Virus record (IMG/VR): IMGVR_UViG_3300031224_000010
From: an uncultured virus (IMG/VR IMGVR_UViG_3300031224_000010)
Taxonomy: Duplodnaviria; Heunggongvirae; Uroviricota; Caudoviricetes
Strand: one strand, 5' to 3'
Length of the DNA stretch: 64,000 nt
Part shown: one piece after another, positions 26,712 through 36,713 of the stretch
Layout: every line of letters starts with the position of its first letter
How positions within the stretch are numbered: the first letter of the stretch is position 1
The notes under the pieces: model-generated
Databases searched by the model: none
What the model was told of the DNA's origin: nothing
What the model saw: the letters and a program-made list of their open reading frames with translations, nothing else
Position numbers and translations under genes: made by a program

Positions 26712-29423
26712 CTAGGCTTCGGCTTCAAAAATCCAGCAACGCACGGTGGCGCTGCCCAGGGCATTTCCTTCGCGGCGGAGGACGCTCCGCACGGTTCGGC
26801 TCGATTCAATAAATTTTCGGCTGCGGCTGGTTTTCAGGTGCCGCTTCAATTCGGTGATGGGCGGAATGCGCAGCTTTGCTTCAGCGCACACTTGCTCGAA
26901 GTGCTTAAGGTTGACGGCAATCAGGCTGTCGTCGTCGTAGTGGTTCAGGGTGGCGGTGCTGCTCTGGCCTTCGATGTAGTCGAACGCTTCCCAGAATTCC
27001 TGAACCATGGGGTGGTCAGCGTTCACGGCGGTTTGCCGTTCGATGGCCATGCCCTGCACCATTTCACGGGCGGGTTCCAGGTAACTTTCGGGCAGCAGCT
27101 GCAGGCCGTCTGGGCCCAGGCAGTCCAGCAGCGCCATAATCTGGCTGTGGTTTTTGGCTATCCGGTGAATGCGTATGTCTGGTAACTCGGAAAGCGCTTT
27201 TTCATAGATAGGTGACCGCTCGCAGATAATCCGCATCAGCGAGGCTTCCGCCGTGGCCGCTTGCAGAATAAAGCCGCTCACCTGTTCCATGGGTGTGCGC
27301 TCCAGGCGTTCGGCCAGGGCCTTGGTTGTTTCGCTGTGGCCTTGGCGCGTTACGTTCAGGTGCACAATCCGCTGCAGTACGGCATCGCTTGCCGACACCT
27401 GGGCGTTCTGGCTGATCACCACGGCGCCGCGGAACGGTGGCTCGTAAGTGTCGTTGCCGCCGTTCTTCATGCCACGGCTGCGAACAGACCGGCCGTTGTA
27501 GGCCGTTTTTAGTTCGTCCCAATCAAACTGGCGCTGCTTTGCGCCGGCGCCGTCCTGGTCCCGATCGGACTCGATCAGCACTACCGGCAAGTTGGACACC
27601 TGGGCGAAGTTACGAGCCCGGGCTGCAAGGGTGGCTTTGCTGGGGTCGAATCCTTCGTAATCCTGCCGGCCAACCAGTTTCCACAGGAATTCGATCAGCG
27701 TGGATTTACCAGAACCGGCTTCGCCCACTATCTCGATGAACGGGAAAGACTTGTGCGCCCGCCGGATCTGCTCGGCAAACAGGCTGCCCAGCCAGTACGC
27801 CAGGGCAATAACGCCCTTAGGGCCAAAACAGTTGGCCAAGTCCAATGCCCAGCCGTGCTGGTAGTCGGCACGGTTGTTGTTGATTTTCAGTGCCACCGAC
27901 TCAGAGAGCGTTTTCACGCTCATTCGGCCGATGTCGTAATAGTCCTCGTCATTCAGTTCGTAGATGCTGCCGTGGCTTACGGCCAACTCTGGGAACACCC
28001 AGGTTTCGTGCTCTTTGCTATAGCCAATGAAGTCGATAGTCTCTACGGTTTTAATGCCGCTGATCTGTTGTTTCAGCAGCCGGTCTAACTGCTGGCTGCT
28101 GCCGGTCCATACCGCACCAGGTGCAACGCTTAGCAGGCGCTTTTTGAATTCGCTGGCGCTGGCCAGCTGGCCGCCACTGAATGTGTTTTTTACCGGCCGG
28201 CCATCGTGTGGGAATTCCACGCGGGTGTAGTACCAGCTTTCATCCGTCACTTTGTTGGCCAGGTAATACAAAAAACTGACGTGGCTGTTGGCGATTTCAG
28301 AAACGGCGTTGCACTGGTCCAGCGCTCTGTCGCGGATTTCGCGATCGGTCAGGGTTTCGCTGGATTCTTCCTGGTCATTTACGGCTTTCTGAAATTCGTC
28401 CATGTTCAGGCGGAACCAGAATAGGCGGTTGCCGTAATCGAACGGGAAGTCGCGCTTTCCGGTGTGGTTGAAAATGTGGGTGGCTTTTTCGCCAGCGCTG
28501 CGAGCGATGACCAGGTCACCCTGGTGCCGTGGCTCTTTGGTCAGCAGTTCGCCGTCTTCACTGACCAGTTCGCCGCGCTGCCATGCGTCGTTCCAGTCGC
28601 GCTTCTCTTTACCCACCGGCGCGATAACAGCGGCGCCGATCAGCCAGCCCGCGGCGCGGGAAATGCGGGCGAACTTCTGAACGTAACGAACGCCAGCGCT
28701 GTCGCCGTCTAAGGCCCAAATTAAACGCGGGGGTTTATTGTCAGCGGCTTCACACAGACCAGAGACCTGTTCCAGAAGCTTTTCCGGGTAGTTGTTGCAG
28801 CTGAACGCGGCAACGGCAGCAATGCCAGCGTGGTACAACGCGATGGCGTCGAATATGCCCTCCACTATCCACAGCTCTGACACCTGGGAAAGGTCCAGCC
28901 CGGGCGGTACCCAAGCCTGACCACGGAAGTTGGCACCTTTGTTGAAGTGGGCTTTCATCTTGCCGAAGCGGTCCGGCTTATCGATGATGCGTTCCCAGTA
29001 GTCGGTACCGTTAATGGCAAAGCGCACTGTTGCTGATGAAATATTGCGGTGGTAATCCCAGTAGGTTTCCTGGCTGTACCAGCCCTGAACTTTGTCCAGG
29101 GCAAAGCCGCGGCCGTGCTCCATGTACGCATCGGCCACTTCGGTACCGCTGGCCTTTTCGCCTGGCTTTAAGTCGCGCTTTGCGAAGCGTTCTGTCCAGC
29201 TGTCGAACAGTTCCGGGAACAATTGCTTTACGTGGTGTGAATCGCCGCACTTTGATTCCCGCCCGCAGCGGATCATCCAGGGCGCATCCAGCGAGGTGAA
29301 CGCCTCTTTTTTTCCGCAGCTGGGGCACAGCAACCGGCGCACATATTTCGCGTCGGTGCTCTCTTTGCCGCCAAAGTCGCTTTTTAGCCGGGAAATGATG
29401 TCCGACCGCAGGTGGTCTTGCAT
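26712..29423 (-). CDS. Primase-helicase (Zn finger + TOPRIM + P-loop NTPase)
   Basis: CPSCGKKE, IVEGIFDA, ALDGD, GEAGSGKST; homologue 59772-62480. Confidence 0.92.
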   Translation of the reverse strand: MQDHLRSDIISRLKSDFGGKESTDAKYVRRLLCPSCGKKEAFTSLDAPWMIRCGRESKCGDSHHVKQLFPELFDSWTERFAKRDLKPGEKASGTEVADAYMEHGRGFALDKVQGWYSQETYWDYHRNISSATVRFAINGTDYWERIIDKPDRFGKMKAHFNKGANFRGQAWVPPGLDLSQVSELWIVEGIFDAIALYHAGIAAVAAFSCNNYPEKLLEQVSGLCEAADNKPPRLIWALDGDSAGVRYVQKFARISRAAGWLIGAAVIAPVGKEKRDWNDAWQRGELVSEDGELLTKEPRHQGDLVIARSAGEKATHIFNHTGKRDFPFDYGNRLFWFRLNMDEFQKAVNDQEESSETLTDREIRDRALDQCNAVSEIANSHVSFLYYLANKVTDESWYYTRVEFPHDGRPVKNTFSGGQLASASEFKKRLLSVAPGAVWTGSSQQLDRLLKQQISGIKTVETIDFIGYSKEHETWVFPELAVSHGSIYELNDEDYYDIGRMSVKTLSESVALKINNNRADYQHGWALDLANCFGPKGVIALAYWLGSLFAEQIRRAHKSFPFIEIVGEAGSGKSTLIEFLWKLVGRQDYEGFDPSKATLAARARNFAQVSNLPVVLIESDRDQDGAGAKQRQFDWDELKTAYNGRSVRSRGMKNGGNDTYEPPFRGAVVISQNAQVSASDAVLQRIVHLNVTRQGHSETTKALAERLERTPMEQVSGFILQAATAEASLMRIICERSPIYEKALSELPDIRIHRIAKNHSQIMALLDCLGPDGLQLLPESYLEPAREMVQGMAIERQTAVNADHPMVQEFWEAFDYIEGQSSTATLNHYDDDSLIAVNLKHFEQVCAEAKLRIPPITELKRHLKTSRSRKFIESSRTVRSVLRREGNALGSATVRCWIFEAEA

Positions 29424-29436
29424 TTGTAGCTCCGGG

Positions 29437-29778
29437 TTAGGCTTGGATGTGCGTAACAGGGTTGGCGTTGTCGCGCAGATGGAGCAGTTCGCGGATTGAA
29501 AAAACGGAGGTTCTGCCGGTGCTGGCGTCGAAAATAACAACGGTGTTGCCGGTGGTAAGGCTGACATCAATGAAAGCCGCAGGCATGCCCACGTCTTCAA
29601 GGTCTGCCCACACTGATAAAGCCAGTATGGCTGCGCGCCGGCGGCTGCAGTTGAACTCTTCCATCAGGCTGTCCACTACTTTCTCAACGCAGTCATTGGC
29701 GCTGTGGCTGTGCTTGCGCAGGGCCATCAACTGGCGGTAGGCGGCGTCGGTCATGATTTGTTTTGCGATAGCGGTCAT
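29437..29778 (-). CDS. Conserved phage hypothetical protein
   Basis: Homologue 62496-62834 (CSRRRAA, DVSLTTGNTVVI). Confidence 0.78.
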   Translation of the reverse strand: MTAIAKQIMTDAAYRQLMALRKHSHSANDCVEKVVDSLMEEFNCSRRRAAILALSVWADLEDVGMPAAFIDVSLTTGNTVVIFDASTGRTSVFSIRELLHLRDNANPVTHIQA

Positions 29779-29806
29779 GTTCGTGTCCTTTCGTGTTTTT
29801 GATGCG

Positions 29807-30076
29807 TTACGGCGTTTGTTCTTTGTCTTCACCCAGCAGGGCCATTTGCAGGTGGCGCTGTATGCTTTCGGTGAACGGAATGCGCTTGTCTTTCTCATGG
29901 CCGGTGTAAGAAAGCCGTGCCACGTGTTCGATGTGAATCACGCCGCGGTAGCCGCACTCGATGTCTTGGCACATCACGTATCCGCGCTTCAGCAGTGGGT
30001 CTATCTCCTGGCTGGTGCGCATCCGACAAATGCCGCCGCAATCGGGGCAGAAAATGCGCATGTAATTTCGCTTCAT
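29807..30076 (-). CDS. ogr: Ogr/Delta-like zinc-finger late activator (single domain)
   Basis: CPDCGG...RTS...CQDIECG. Confidence 0.82.
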   Translation of the reverse strand: MKRNYMRIFCPDCGGICRMRTSQEIDPLLKRGYVMCQDIECGYRGVIHIEHVARLSYTGHEKDKRIPFTESIQRHLQMALLGEDKEQTP

Positions 30077-30096
30077 GGGCGTTTTAACTTTGGCTT

Positions 30097-30285
30097 TCAC
30101 TTGCGTGGGCTCCCTACTGCGTGAATGGCACGGTTGCGCCCGGTTAACTTCAGGCTGGATTGCTTCAGCCGCTGTTTCAGCAGCCATTCGGCCGCCTGGT
30201 CAATAGTCGCTAATCTCTCTTGGTGTCGGATGGATTCGAGCAATTGCTCCTGTTCTTCTGTCAGCTCGACGTTCAGTTCAGGCAT
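30097..30285 (-). CDS. Hypothetical small DNA-binding protein
   Basis: 62-aa ORF in early operon. Confidence 0.6.
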   Translation of the reverse strand: MPELNVELTEEQEQLLESIRHQERLATIDQAAEWLLKQRLKQSSLKLTGRNRAIHAVGSPRK

Positions 30286-30311
30286 TTTTCAGGGCCTCAA
30301 AAGGTGCGAAT

Positions 30312-30518
30312 TTACAACTCGGTTTTACTGTGCCCAAAAGCCATGCTTAGTGCGGAGGGAAGCAATGCGGCCTCGGCTTGAGCGATCAGCATCTGGCGCA
30401 CCAGGCCGGCACGATCGGTGCCGGTGTAGTTCACCAGGGCGGTGATCAACGCAGCTTCGTAATCGTCCAGGTTGATGCTGACGCGGTGTTTCCGGATGCG
30501 TTTAGGGTCCTGATACAT
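30312..30518 (-). CDS. Conserved P2-like phage hypothetical (RHH-like)
   Basis: MYQDPKRIRKHRVSINLDDYE. Confidence 0.7.
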   Translation of the reverse strand: MYQDPKRIRKHRVSINLDDYEAALITALVNYTGTDRAGLVRQMLIAQAEAALLPSALSMAFGHSKTEL

Positions 30519-30544
30519 GGCAACTCTCCTTAAAGGATCTAACT

Positions 30545-30745
30545 TCAAGCGGATTTCTGGTGCTTATAGAGTTCCAGACCAGCCAGGAAGAACACTCTGG
30601 CCTGGGCCGCCATAGAACGGTTTTCGGTGGTGGCGATGTTGATTAGCTGGTCGCGCTCCTCTTGAAGGAGGCGAAGGCCAACCGGCTTTTCAACAACAAC
30701 ACCATCGGGAGCGCGATTGCGGATGGGTTTATTGGTTTGGCGCAT
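30545..30745 (-). CDS. Cro/Cox-position regulator, Arc/RHH-like
   Basis: Divergent from cI; VGLRL...ENRSMAAQAR. Confidence 0.65.
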   Translation of the reverse strand: MRQTNKPIRNRAPDGVVVEKPVGLRLLQEERDQLINIATTENRSMAAQARVFFLAGLELYKHQKSA

Positions 30746-30845
30746 GGTGTATCCTCTGTGTGTTATTTCGTTACACAGAATGATAGACCCCAATCCACAA
30801 GCCTGTAAACAATTTGGTTATTGTATTTTGCTATTGGTATTCAAT

Positions 30846-31508
30846 ATGGGTGACAAACTTTTAAATAGTGAATTAATGATTCACAGAATGAGAGAAGCGA
30901 TCGGCGCCAAAAACGATGGTCAGGTTGGTGAATTCGTCGGCGCATCTAAACAGGCGGTTTATAACTGGAAAAATCGGGGATCTATCCCGATCGAGTACTG
31001 CGTTGGGTTCTGCATGAAAACGTCCAGAAGTATGGATTGGCTGATTTTTGGAGAGACAGCCGAGGGCGCAACAGAAATACCGCCGGGCATGGATAACGAG
31101 TATTCAGAAATTCCGCTTTACGACATAGAAGTCAGCGCCGGCCACGGCTCCTTTTTCGATCACGAACGGATAAGCAGCCGCCTGAAGTTTCGCAACGACT
31201 GGCTTACCCGCGAGGGCTTGTCTAAAAGCACCCTGGTCGGCATTCTCGTGGCCGGCGACTCTATGGATGGCACACTAGCTGATGGTGACATGGTGTTGAT
31301 TGACCGCTCCCGCACTAAGCCAGATGGCGTTTTCGCTATTCGAATTGGTGATGGCCTGCGGATAAAGCGCTTGCAGAAGATGACGGATGGATCGCTTCGG
31401 GTGTCCAGCGATAACGATATGTATCGCGAAGAAATCATCCATCCGGAGAACATGGGCCAGGTGGAGATTGTGGGGCAGTGCTATTGGCGCAGTGGTAAGG
31501 TTTTTTAA
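30846..31508 (+). CDS. cI: CI-like repressor (HTH + S24 peptidase)
   Basis: GASKQAVYNWKNRGSIP; SAGHG, GDSM and IKRL autopeptidase motifs. Confidence 0.9.
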   Translation: MGDKLLNSELMIHRMREAIGAKNDGQVGEFVGASKQAVYNWKNRGSIPIEYCVGFCMKTSRSMDWLIFGETAEGATEIPPGMDNEYSEIPLYDIEVSAGHGSFFDHERISSRLKFRNDWLTREGLSKSTLVGILVAGDSMDGTLADGDMVLIDRSRTKPDGVFAIRIGDGLRIKRLQKMTDGSLRVSSDNDMYREEIIHPENMGQVEIVGQCYWRSGKVF

Positions 31509-31517
31509 TGGAAGCTG

Positions 31518-32075
31518 TTGAATAAGGAGTTTGTTGTGGCTTTAACAAAGTGCAAAGAGTGTAAAAGAGAGGTTTCAGCTCAGGCTAAGACCTGCCCGCA
31601 TTGCGGCGTAAAGAGTCCCGGGGTCGGTAATAAGGAAATGCTGATCGGACTTGGCGCCATCGCACTGGTTACAGTGATTGGCTTTACCGCTTGTTCTTCC
31701 GAAGATGAAGTGGTTGAAAAGCCAGCCGGCCCTACGGCAGAGGAAATAGCGACAACAGAAGCCGCTGAACAAGCGCTGTGCCGGCAGGATATTGCGTGCT
31801 GGGGCGAGCAACATTGGTCAGGTGCAACTAACCGATGCCAAAAAGAGATTGAGCGCCAGGCCAAGTATGAGGTTAAGTGGACTGATGAATACCCCGATTT
31901 GAAGCTGAGCCGGCGCGGCTGGCTGGACAAGGATGAGGGCACCCTTACCTACTACGGCGACCGCGTTCAGTTCTCCAATGGCTATGGCGCTTTCGAAAAT
32001 TACGCATACAGCTGTGACTATGACCCGTCAACAAAGACGGTTTTGAGCGTGGTGGTGGAGCCCGGCAGGCTCTAA
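31518..32075 (+). CDS. Zinc-ribbon membrane protein (accessory)
   Basis: CKEC...CPHC, one TM helix, Cys-containing distal domain. Confidence 0.75.
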   Translation: MNKEFVVALTKCKECKREVSAQAKTCPHCGVKSPGVGNKEMLIGLGAIALVTVIGFTACSSEDEVVEKPAGPTAEEIATTEAAEQALCRQDIACWGEQHWSGATNRCQKEIERQAKYEVKWTDEYPDLKLSRRGWLDKDEGTLTYYGDRVQFSNGYGAFENYAYSCDYDPSTKTVLSVVVEPGRL

Positions 32076-32095
32076 GTCAGCGGTTTTTTTAGTGC

Positions 32096-32593
32096 ATGAC
32101 TTCGACCATTGGAGTTATAAAAACAAGGATGTCCGCAATGGGCTCAATTTCGTTTAACTATACGGATTCAAAAGGAGAAACAAACGACTGGACGGTGGAG
32201 CACTGGAACGAGTCGGGGCGATATTTGCGGGGCGTTTGTCAGCACGATGGAAAGTACCGCACCTTTCGTAAAGACAGAATCAACCGGTACCTGGGTGAAG
32301 GCGAAGCAACGGTCAGGCAGCCTTACACGCCGCCACCGCCGAAAGCGGATACAAGCCCAGAGATTTGTTTCACGGGTTTTGCCAAAGACCTTCGGGCAAC
32401 GCTTGAAAGCCAGGCTTCCGAACACCTGATGGCGGTTAAAAAGGACGTTACCAAAAACCTTTCGTTTCTTTGCTGCGGCCCAAATGCCGGCCCGGCGAAG
32501 ATGGAAAAAGCCCGTGACCGCGGGTGCTTCATCCTTTCGCACGATGCGCTGATAACAATGCTGGAGACGGGCGAGATACCCCACGAACATTAG
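32096..32593 (+). CDS. WYL-like + BRCT domain protein (accessory)
   Basis: FNYTDSKGE...YLRGVC...RTFRKDRI; ICFTGF...VTKNLSFLCCGPNAGPAKMEKA. Confidence 0.75.
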   Translation: MTSTIGVIKTRMSAMGSISFNYTDSKGETNDWTVEHWNESGRYLRGVCQHDGKYRTFRKDRINRYLGEGEATVRQPYTPPPPKADTSPEICFTGFAKDLRATLESQASEHLMAVKKDVTKNLSFLCCGPNAGPAKMEKARDRGCFILSHDALITMLETGEIPHEH

Positions 32594-32606
32594 CAATAGG
32601 TTCTTT

Positions 32607-33593
32607 CTATTGACTGATTGTTTCGGCATTTAAGGCTGTAATCAATCCACTATCACTCAAGCTATGGCTGGCCCTGGTAATCACCCACTGCCGGCCATTT
32701 ACTTGCGGCTTCAGACCGTCCACTGACATTTGCCACTCTGGCCCAATCTCTGGCCGGCCCACGGCCAGGGTGATGCTGAATTCTGCTTCTCCTCGAGTAA
32801 GCCTGTTCAACTCCGCGTTCGCCGCTGCCAGGGCTTCCGGTTCGTTGGCGTAGGTTGCGCGCAGGCGCTTTATTCTGCCGTCACTGCCTGCCAGTGCCTG
32901 TACTTGTGTGCCCTTTTCTAAGTCTTGCCAGAACGCCACCACGCCGGTGTATTTTTCGCGGTCTACTTCGCGGTAGCTGTATTGGTCACTGCTTTGCGGG
33001 GTGATGGCCAACAGTGGCAAGGCGTTCCCGCTGGCTGTTTTGGCTTCGCCCCTGGGTGTGAACAGCAGGCGGCCGGCTTTTACTGCGGATATGGCGTCGT
33101 GCCTTTCGGCCAGACGGTTCAGCAGGTTCAAATCAGACTCGTCGGTTTGGTCCAGGTGCTCGATGGCGATCGCGCCCAGGCGCTTGGCCACCACTACTTC
33201 CAGTTCGTTGTTGGCTGCGATTTCACCCACTATGTCGCCCAGGGTTACCTGGTCCCACGATCGTGTTCGCCGCGCGGGCAAGCCGTTGCGCATGTCGGCA
33301 CTGCGGGCGGTTATGCTGATTTGGTCGGGCGGGCCGGTGAAGCTGGCTTCGTCGACAATGAACAGGCCTTTTTCGACCAGCTGCTGATTCTTCCAGCCTA
33401 TGGCCAGCTCAATCTCGGCGCCCTTAGGCGGGATCTCTACGGCGCTGTCGTGGTCGCTGATGGTGATTGAGAGGGTGTCGGCTTCGTCGCCTGGGGTTTC
33501 GTCTAGGGTCAGGTCGATCAGGCGGCCGTTTACCCGCGGGGTGATGTTGGTGCCGTTAACGATCAGGCGGTAATACGGGGCGCGGTGTTCCAT
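32607..33593 (-). CDS. Late control/baseplate hub protein (P2 gpD-like)
   Basis: EADTLSI, KGLFIVDE, HLDQTDESDLNLL.RLA. Confidence 0.93.
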   Translation of the reverse strand: MEHRAPYYRLIVNGTNITPRVNGRLIDLTLDETPGDEADTLSITISDHDSAVEIPPKGAEIELAIGWKNQQLVEKGLFIVDEASFTGPPDQISITARSADMRNGLPARRTRSWDQVTLGDIVGEIAANNELEVVVAKRLGAIAIEHLDQTDESDLNLLNRLAERHDAISAVKAGRLLFTPRGEAKTASGNALPLLAITPQSSDQYSYREVDREKYTGVVAFWQDLEKGTQVQALAGSDGRIKRLRATYANEPEALAAANAELNRLTRGEAEFSITLAVGRPEIGPEWQMSVDGLKPQVNGRQWVITRASHSLSDSGLITALNAETISQ

Positions 33594-34069
33594 TATGCGA
33601 GTAACCCTCCGCTGCGGCGTGGGTTGTAAAGCCCTAGGCCAATGGCGGCGTCGCGGCTGGTACCTGCCTGGCTGCGGAACTGTTCGAAGTTGTCTTCGTC
33701 TACCCGAACCAGTTCGATGCTGAATTCGATTTTGCGCGGCACGCCGTCGCTGAAAAACACGGAGCTGGTTTCGCTCACGCCGGTGATGGCCCAGAAGCCG
33801 TAAACCCGGCCCGATCCTTCGATCAGCGGCCAGGCTTTGCCCTCGTCTGCCATGATTCGCACGTCGTCCAGGGTTACGCGGCCGCCGGTTATTTCGGGGT
33901 GCAATGTGCCAGACAGGGATATGGTGTCTTCACCTGGGCCCAGGTATTGGTACCCGGGCCGCTGCCCTACCCGCGACTGGCTGGCGTGGCGCCATTGGCT
34001 TGCGCGCTGCAGCTGCTGATACGGCAGAGACTTTGTTTCAAATACAAACATGCCCAGCGTCATCATCAT
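33593..34069 (-). CDS. Tail protein (P2 gpU-like)
   Basis: MMTLGMFVF...PYQQLQR...QYLGPG. Confidence 0.93.
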   Translation of the reverse strand: MMMTLGMFVFETKSLPYQQLQRASQWRHASQSRVGQRPGYQYLGPGEDTISLSGTLHPEITGGRVTLDDVRIMADEGKAWPLIEGSGRVYGFWAITGVSETSSVFFSDGVPRKIEFSIELVRVDEDNFEQFRSQAGTSRDAAIGLGLYNPRRSGGLLA

Positions 34070-34074
34070 AGCGG

Positions 34075-36543
34075 TTAATCCCTGTCGTACAGTGCGCTGC
34101 GGGCGCGGGTGGCTTTGGCTCTGTCACGCGCGGCCAGTATGCGCTGCACTTCGCCGGCGATTTCCTGGGCGCTTTGCCCGGGTGCTGTGTTGACGTGGAT
34201 GGTGATGGTGTCGCCACCGGCTTGCTGTGTGGTTGGCGCGCCACGGGAAATGGGCGGCCTGCTGTCGAATTCCACGTTGCCGGCGGCGGCTGGCAGTGCT
34301 GCAGCGCCAATGGCAATGCCCGCACCGGCCTGGCGTACACGCTTTCCAAAGCCGGTAACTTGCTTGAGTGTGTCGGGCTCTTTCTGTTCCAGGCCCTGGC
34401 GGTAGCCTTCCAGGGTGTCGTGGCCTGCGCTCATGAACACGCGGGACGGGGATTTGATGCCCAACGTTTCTTTGAACCAGCCGATCGCTTTGGCGCCGGC
34501 GCCGGTGATGGTTTCTTTCACCTTGCTTAGGCCACCGAGTATGCCGCCCACCAGGCCGTCTAGGATCTGTTTGCCGAAGCCGGTGAAAGACTCGGGCAGA
34601 TCGACACCGAACCAGATCATTACTCCGGAAAAGGCTTTCTTGAAAAGGCTAACAGGCGACCACGACACAATAAGGCTACCCACCGTTGAGATGCCTTGGC
34701 TGAAGGCGCCACTGACGCCAGACCATAAGCCGCTGAGCATGCTACCCAGGCCACCAATGGCGCTACCGATACCGGACACTAGGCCGCTGATCATCTTGCC
34801 GCCGGCGGCGGTCAGGTTGGATGGCAGTTCGACACCCAGCCAGCCCATGACACCGCTGAAGGCTTTGTAGAACAGGCCTAGAGGTGACCAGTTTAAGATG
34901 AGTTTACCCACGCCGGCGATGCCGCCGCTGAAGGCGGCTTTTACCTGGGCCCAAAGCCCTTTAAAGAAACTGGCAATGCTGCCCCAGTTTTTGTAAATCA
35001 GGTAACCGGCGCCTGCAATTGCAGCAATGGCGATGCCGATCGGGTTTGCTGTGAGCGCCAGGCCAATGGCTTTTACGCCAGCCGCTATCGCGGGCAAGCC
35101 ACCGGCAAGGCCAACCAACGCGGTACCGGCCGCAAACAGTGCTTTGCCGAACGCGAGTATTGCCAATGCTGGCTTGAGCGCGAACAGAAACGCCAAGACC
35201 ATGCTCAGGTTTTCAACGCCGCCTACTAATCCAGCTGCCTTACTAGCCAGCCACGCGACATTCTTAGCCGTACTGGCAACGCCAACAGCAAGATCGCGGA
35301 TGACAGGCAGGGCTGATTTCATTTTCTCGCCAAAGGTGGCGGCGAAGGCTTTCACCTGGTCTTTGTTCTCACGCATCCAGCCGGACAAGTCACCCATCAG
35401 TTCGGTCACCGCCGGCATCAGCTCGGCGCCGATGGTGTTCTTCATGCCGGTCATGCCCAGCTGGGCGTCGAGCATTGCATCCTTGAAGGTTTCCGCATCA
35501 CGTGCGGCCTTCTCGCTGAGCACGTAGCCGGTGGCTAAGGCGTCTTTGCGCAGTTCCTTCAGGCCTGCACTTCCATCCTTTAGCATGTTGATCATGCCCA
35601 CGCCTTCACGGCCAAACAACTGTGCGGCGAGTGCGACCTTCTGGGACTGGTTTTCGACGCTGCCAAGGCGATCGGCGACCACGGCCAGACTGTCTTCCGG
35701 CGTCATCTTTGCGAGGTCTTCGGCAGATAAGCCCAGTTCATCGTAGGCTTTCTTTGCAGCACCGGTGCCGCTGGTGGCTTCGCCCATGCGCTTCACAAAG
35801 CGCTCTAGGCTGGAATCGAACTTCTGCGTGGATACGCCAGAGCGTTCAGCCGCGTAGCGCAGTTCCTGCAATGGGCCAAGGCCGATGCCGATTTTGTCGC
35901 CGGTCTTCGCCACTTCGTCACCAAGTGTTGCGGTGGAATTGGCAAGGCCGAATATGCCTGCTGCCACACCGCCTGTCGCCACTAAGGCCCGCTTACTGAA
36001 CTTACCCACCTCACTGGTCATGTTCTTGAACTTGCCGCTTACGTCGGCTTTGCCCAGCTGTTCCAGGTAGCGCTTCTGGCGCTGCATGCGACTGTTCGCC
36101 ACTTTCATGCGTTCAGCCAGCTTGCGCTCTTCATCGGCCAGGTTGCGCGTACTGATGCCGGCATCCTTGAGCCGCTTGCGTACAGAGCCCAGTTCTTTTC
36201 GCTGCTTTTGGCCTTTGTCGTTGAAATTCTCCACTTCTTTGCGTGCCTTGTTGTATTCGGCTCGCAGTTTGGCAGTGGGTTTTGCAGTGGCTTTTAGCTC
36301 ATCGCCTAGCTGGCGCACGCGCTGCTGGGATGCGGAAAGCGCCGCTGAATTGGATTTCAGCGCCTTGTCGGCTTTGCGGTATGAGGAAATGTCGCGCTGG
36401 GTGTTTTGCAGCTTGCGGGTTTCAGCCTGGGCCTGTTTAAGCGCCCGGGCTGTAGCGCCGGTTGTGGCGTTGATTTTCTTGAGCGGGCCGGTTACCCGGT
36501 CTTTGGCGGCCAGGATGACCTGCAAATCCAGGCTTTTCGACAT
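34075..36543 (-). CDS. Tail tape measure protein (P2 gpT-like)
   Basis: 822 aa helical, ANPIG motif, between E and U. Confidence 0.93.
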   Translation of the reverse strand: MSKSLDLQVILAAKDRVTGPLKKINATTGATARALKQAQAETRKLQNTQRDISSYRKADKALKSNSAALSASQQRVRQLGDELKATAKPTAKLRAEYNKARKEVENFNDKGQKQRKELGSVRKRLKDAGISTRNLADEERKLAERMKVANSRMQRQKRYLEQLGKADVSGKFKNMTSEVGKFSKRALVATGGVAAGIFGLANSTATLGDEVAKTGDKIGIGLGPLQELRYAAERSGVSTQKFDSSLERFVKRMGEATSGTGAAKKAYDELGLSAEDLAKMTPEDSLAVVADRLGSVENQSQKVALAAQLFGREGVGMINMLKDGSAGLKELRKDALATGYVLSEKAARDAETFKDAMLDAQLGMTGMKNTIGAELMPAVTELMGDLSGWMRENKDQVKAFAATFGEKMKSALPVIRDLAVGVASTAKNVAWLASKAAGLVGGVENLSMVLAFLFALKPALAILAFGKALFAAGTALVGLAGGLPAIAAGVKAIGLALTANPIGIAIAAIAGAGYLIYKNWGSIASFFKGLWAQVKAAFSGGIAGVGKLILNWSPLGLFYKAFSGVMGWLGVELPSNLTAAGGKMISGLVSGIGSAIGGLGSMLSGLWSGVSGAFSQGISTVGSLIVSWSPVSLFKKAFSGVMIWFGVDLPESFTGFGKQILDGLVGGILGGLSKVKETITGAGAKAIGWFKETLGIKSPSRVFMSAGHDTLEGYRQGLEQKEPDTLKQVTGFGKRVRQAGAGIAIGAAALPAAAGNVEFDSRPPISRGAPTTQQAGGDTITIHVNTAPGQSAQEIAGEVQRILAARDRAKATRARSALYDRD

Positions 36544-36713
36544 TATTCCTCCGGCTGGCTGCGCTTGCGTGCGTGTTCACGCCATTCCATCAATTCTGAG
36601 AGTGTCATGTGTTCCATGTCTGAGGGCCGCCAGTGGAATATGGCGGCCACGTCAGCCATGGCATCGTCAACGCGGTGCGGGATTAACCCTTGTGCCGCTT
36701 CTGCAGCAAAAAA
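36543..36713 (-). CDS. gpE' extension reached by -1 programmed frameshift
   Basis: TTTTTTG at 36707-36713; open -1 frame ...MADVAAIFHWRPSDMEHMTLSELMEWRE... Confidence 0.8.
   Translation of the reverse strand, partial: FFAAEAAQGLIPHRVDDAMADVAAIFHWRPSDMEHMTLSELMEWREHARKRSQPEE

Noticed and set aside
34560..35000. Internal repeats in tape measure C-terminus
   Set aside because: Ordinary for tape measure proteins
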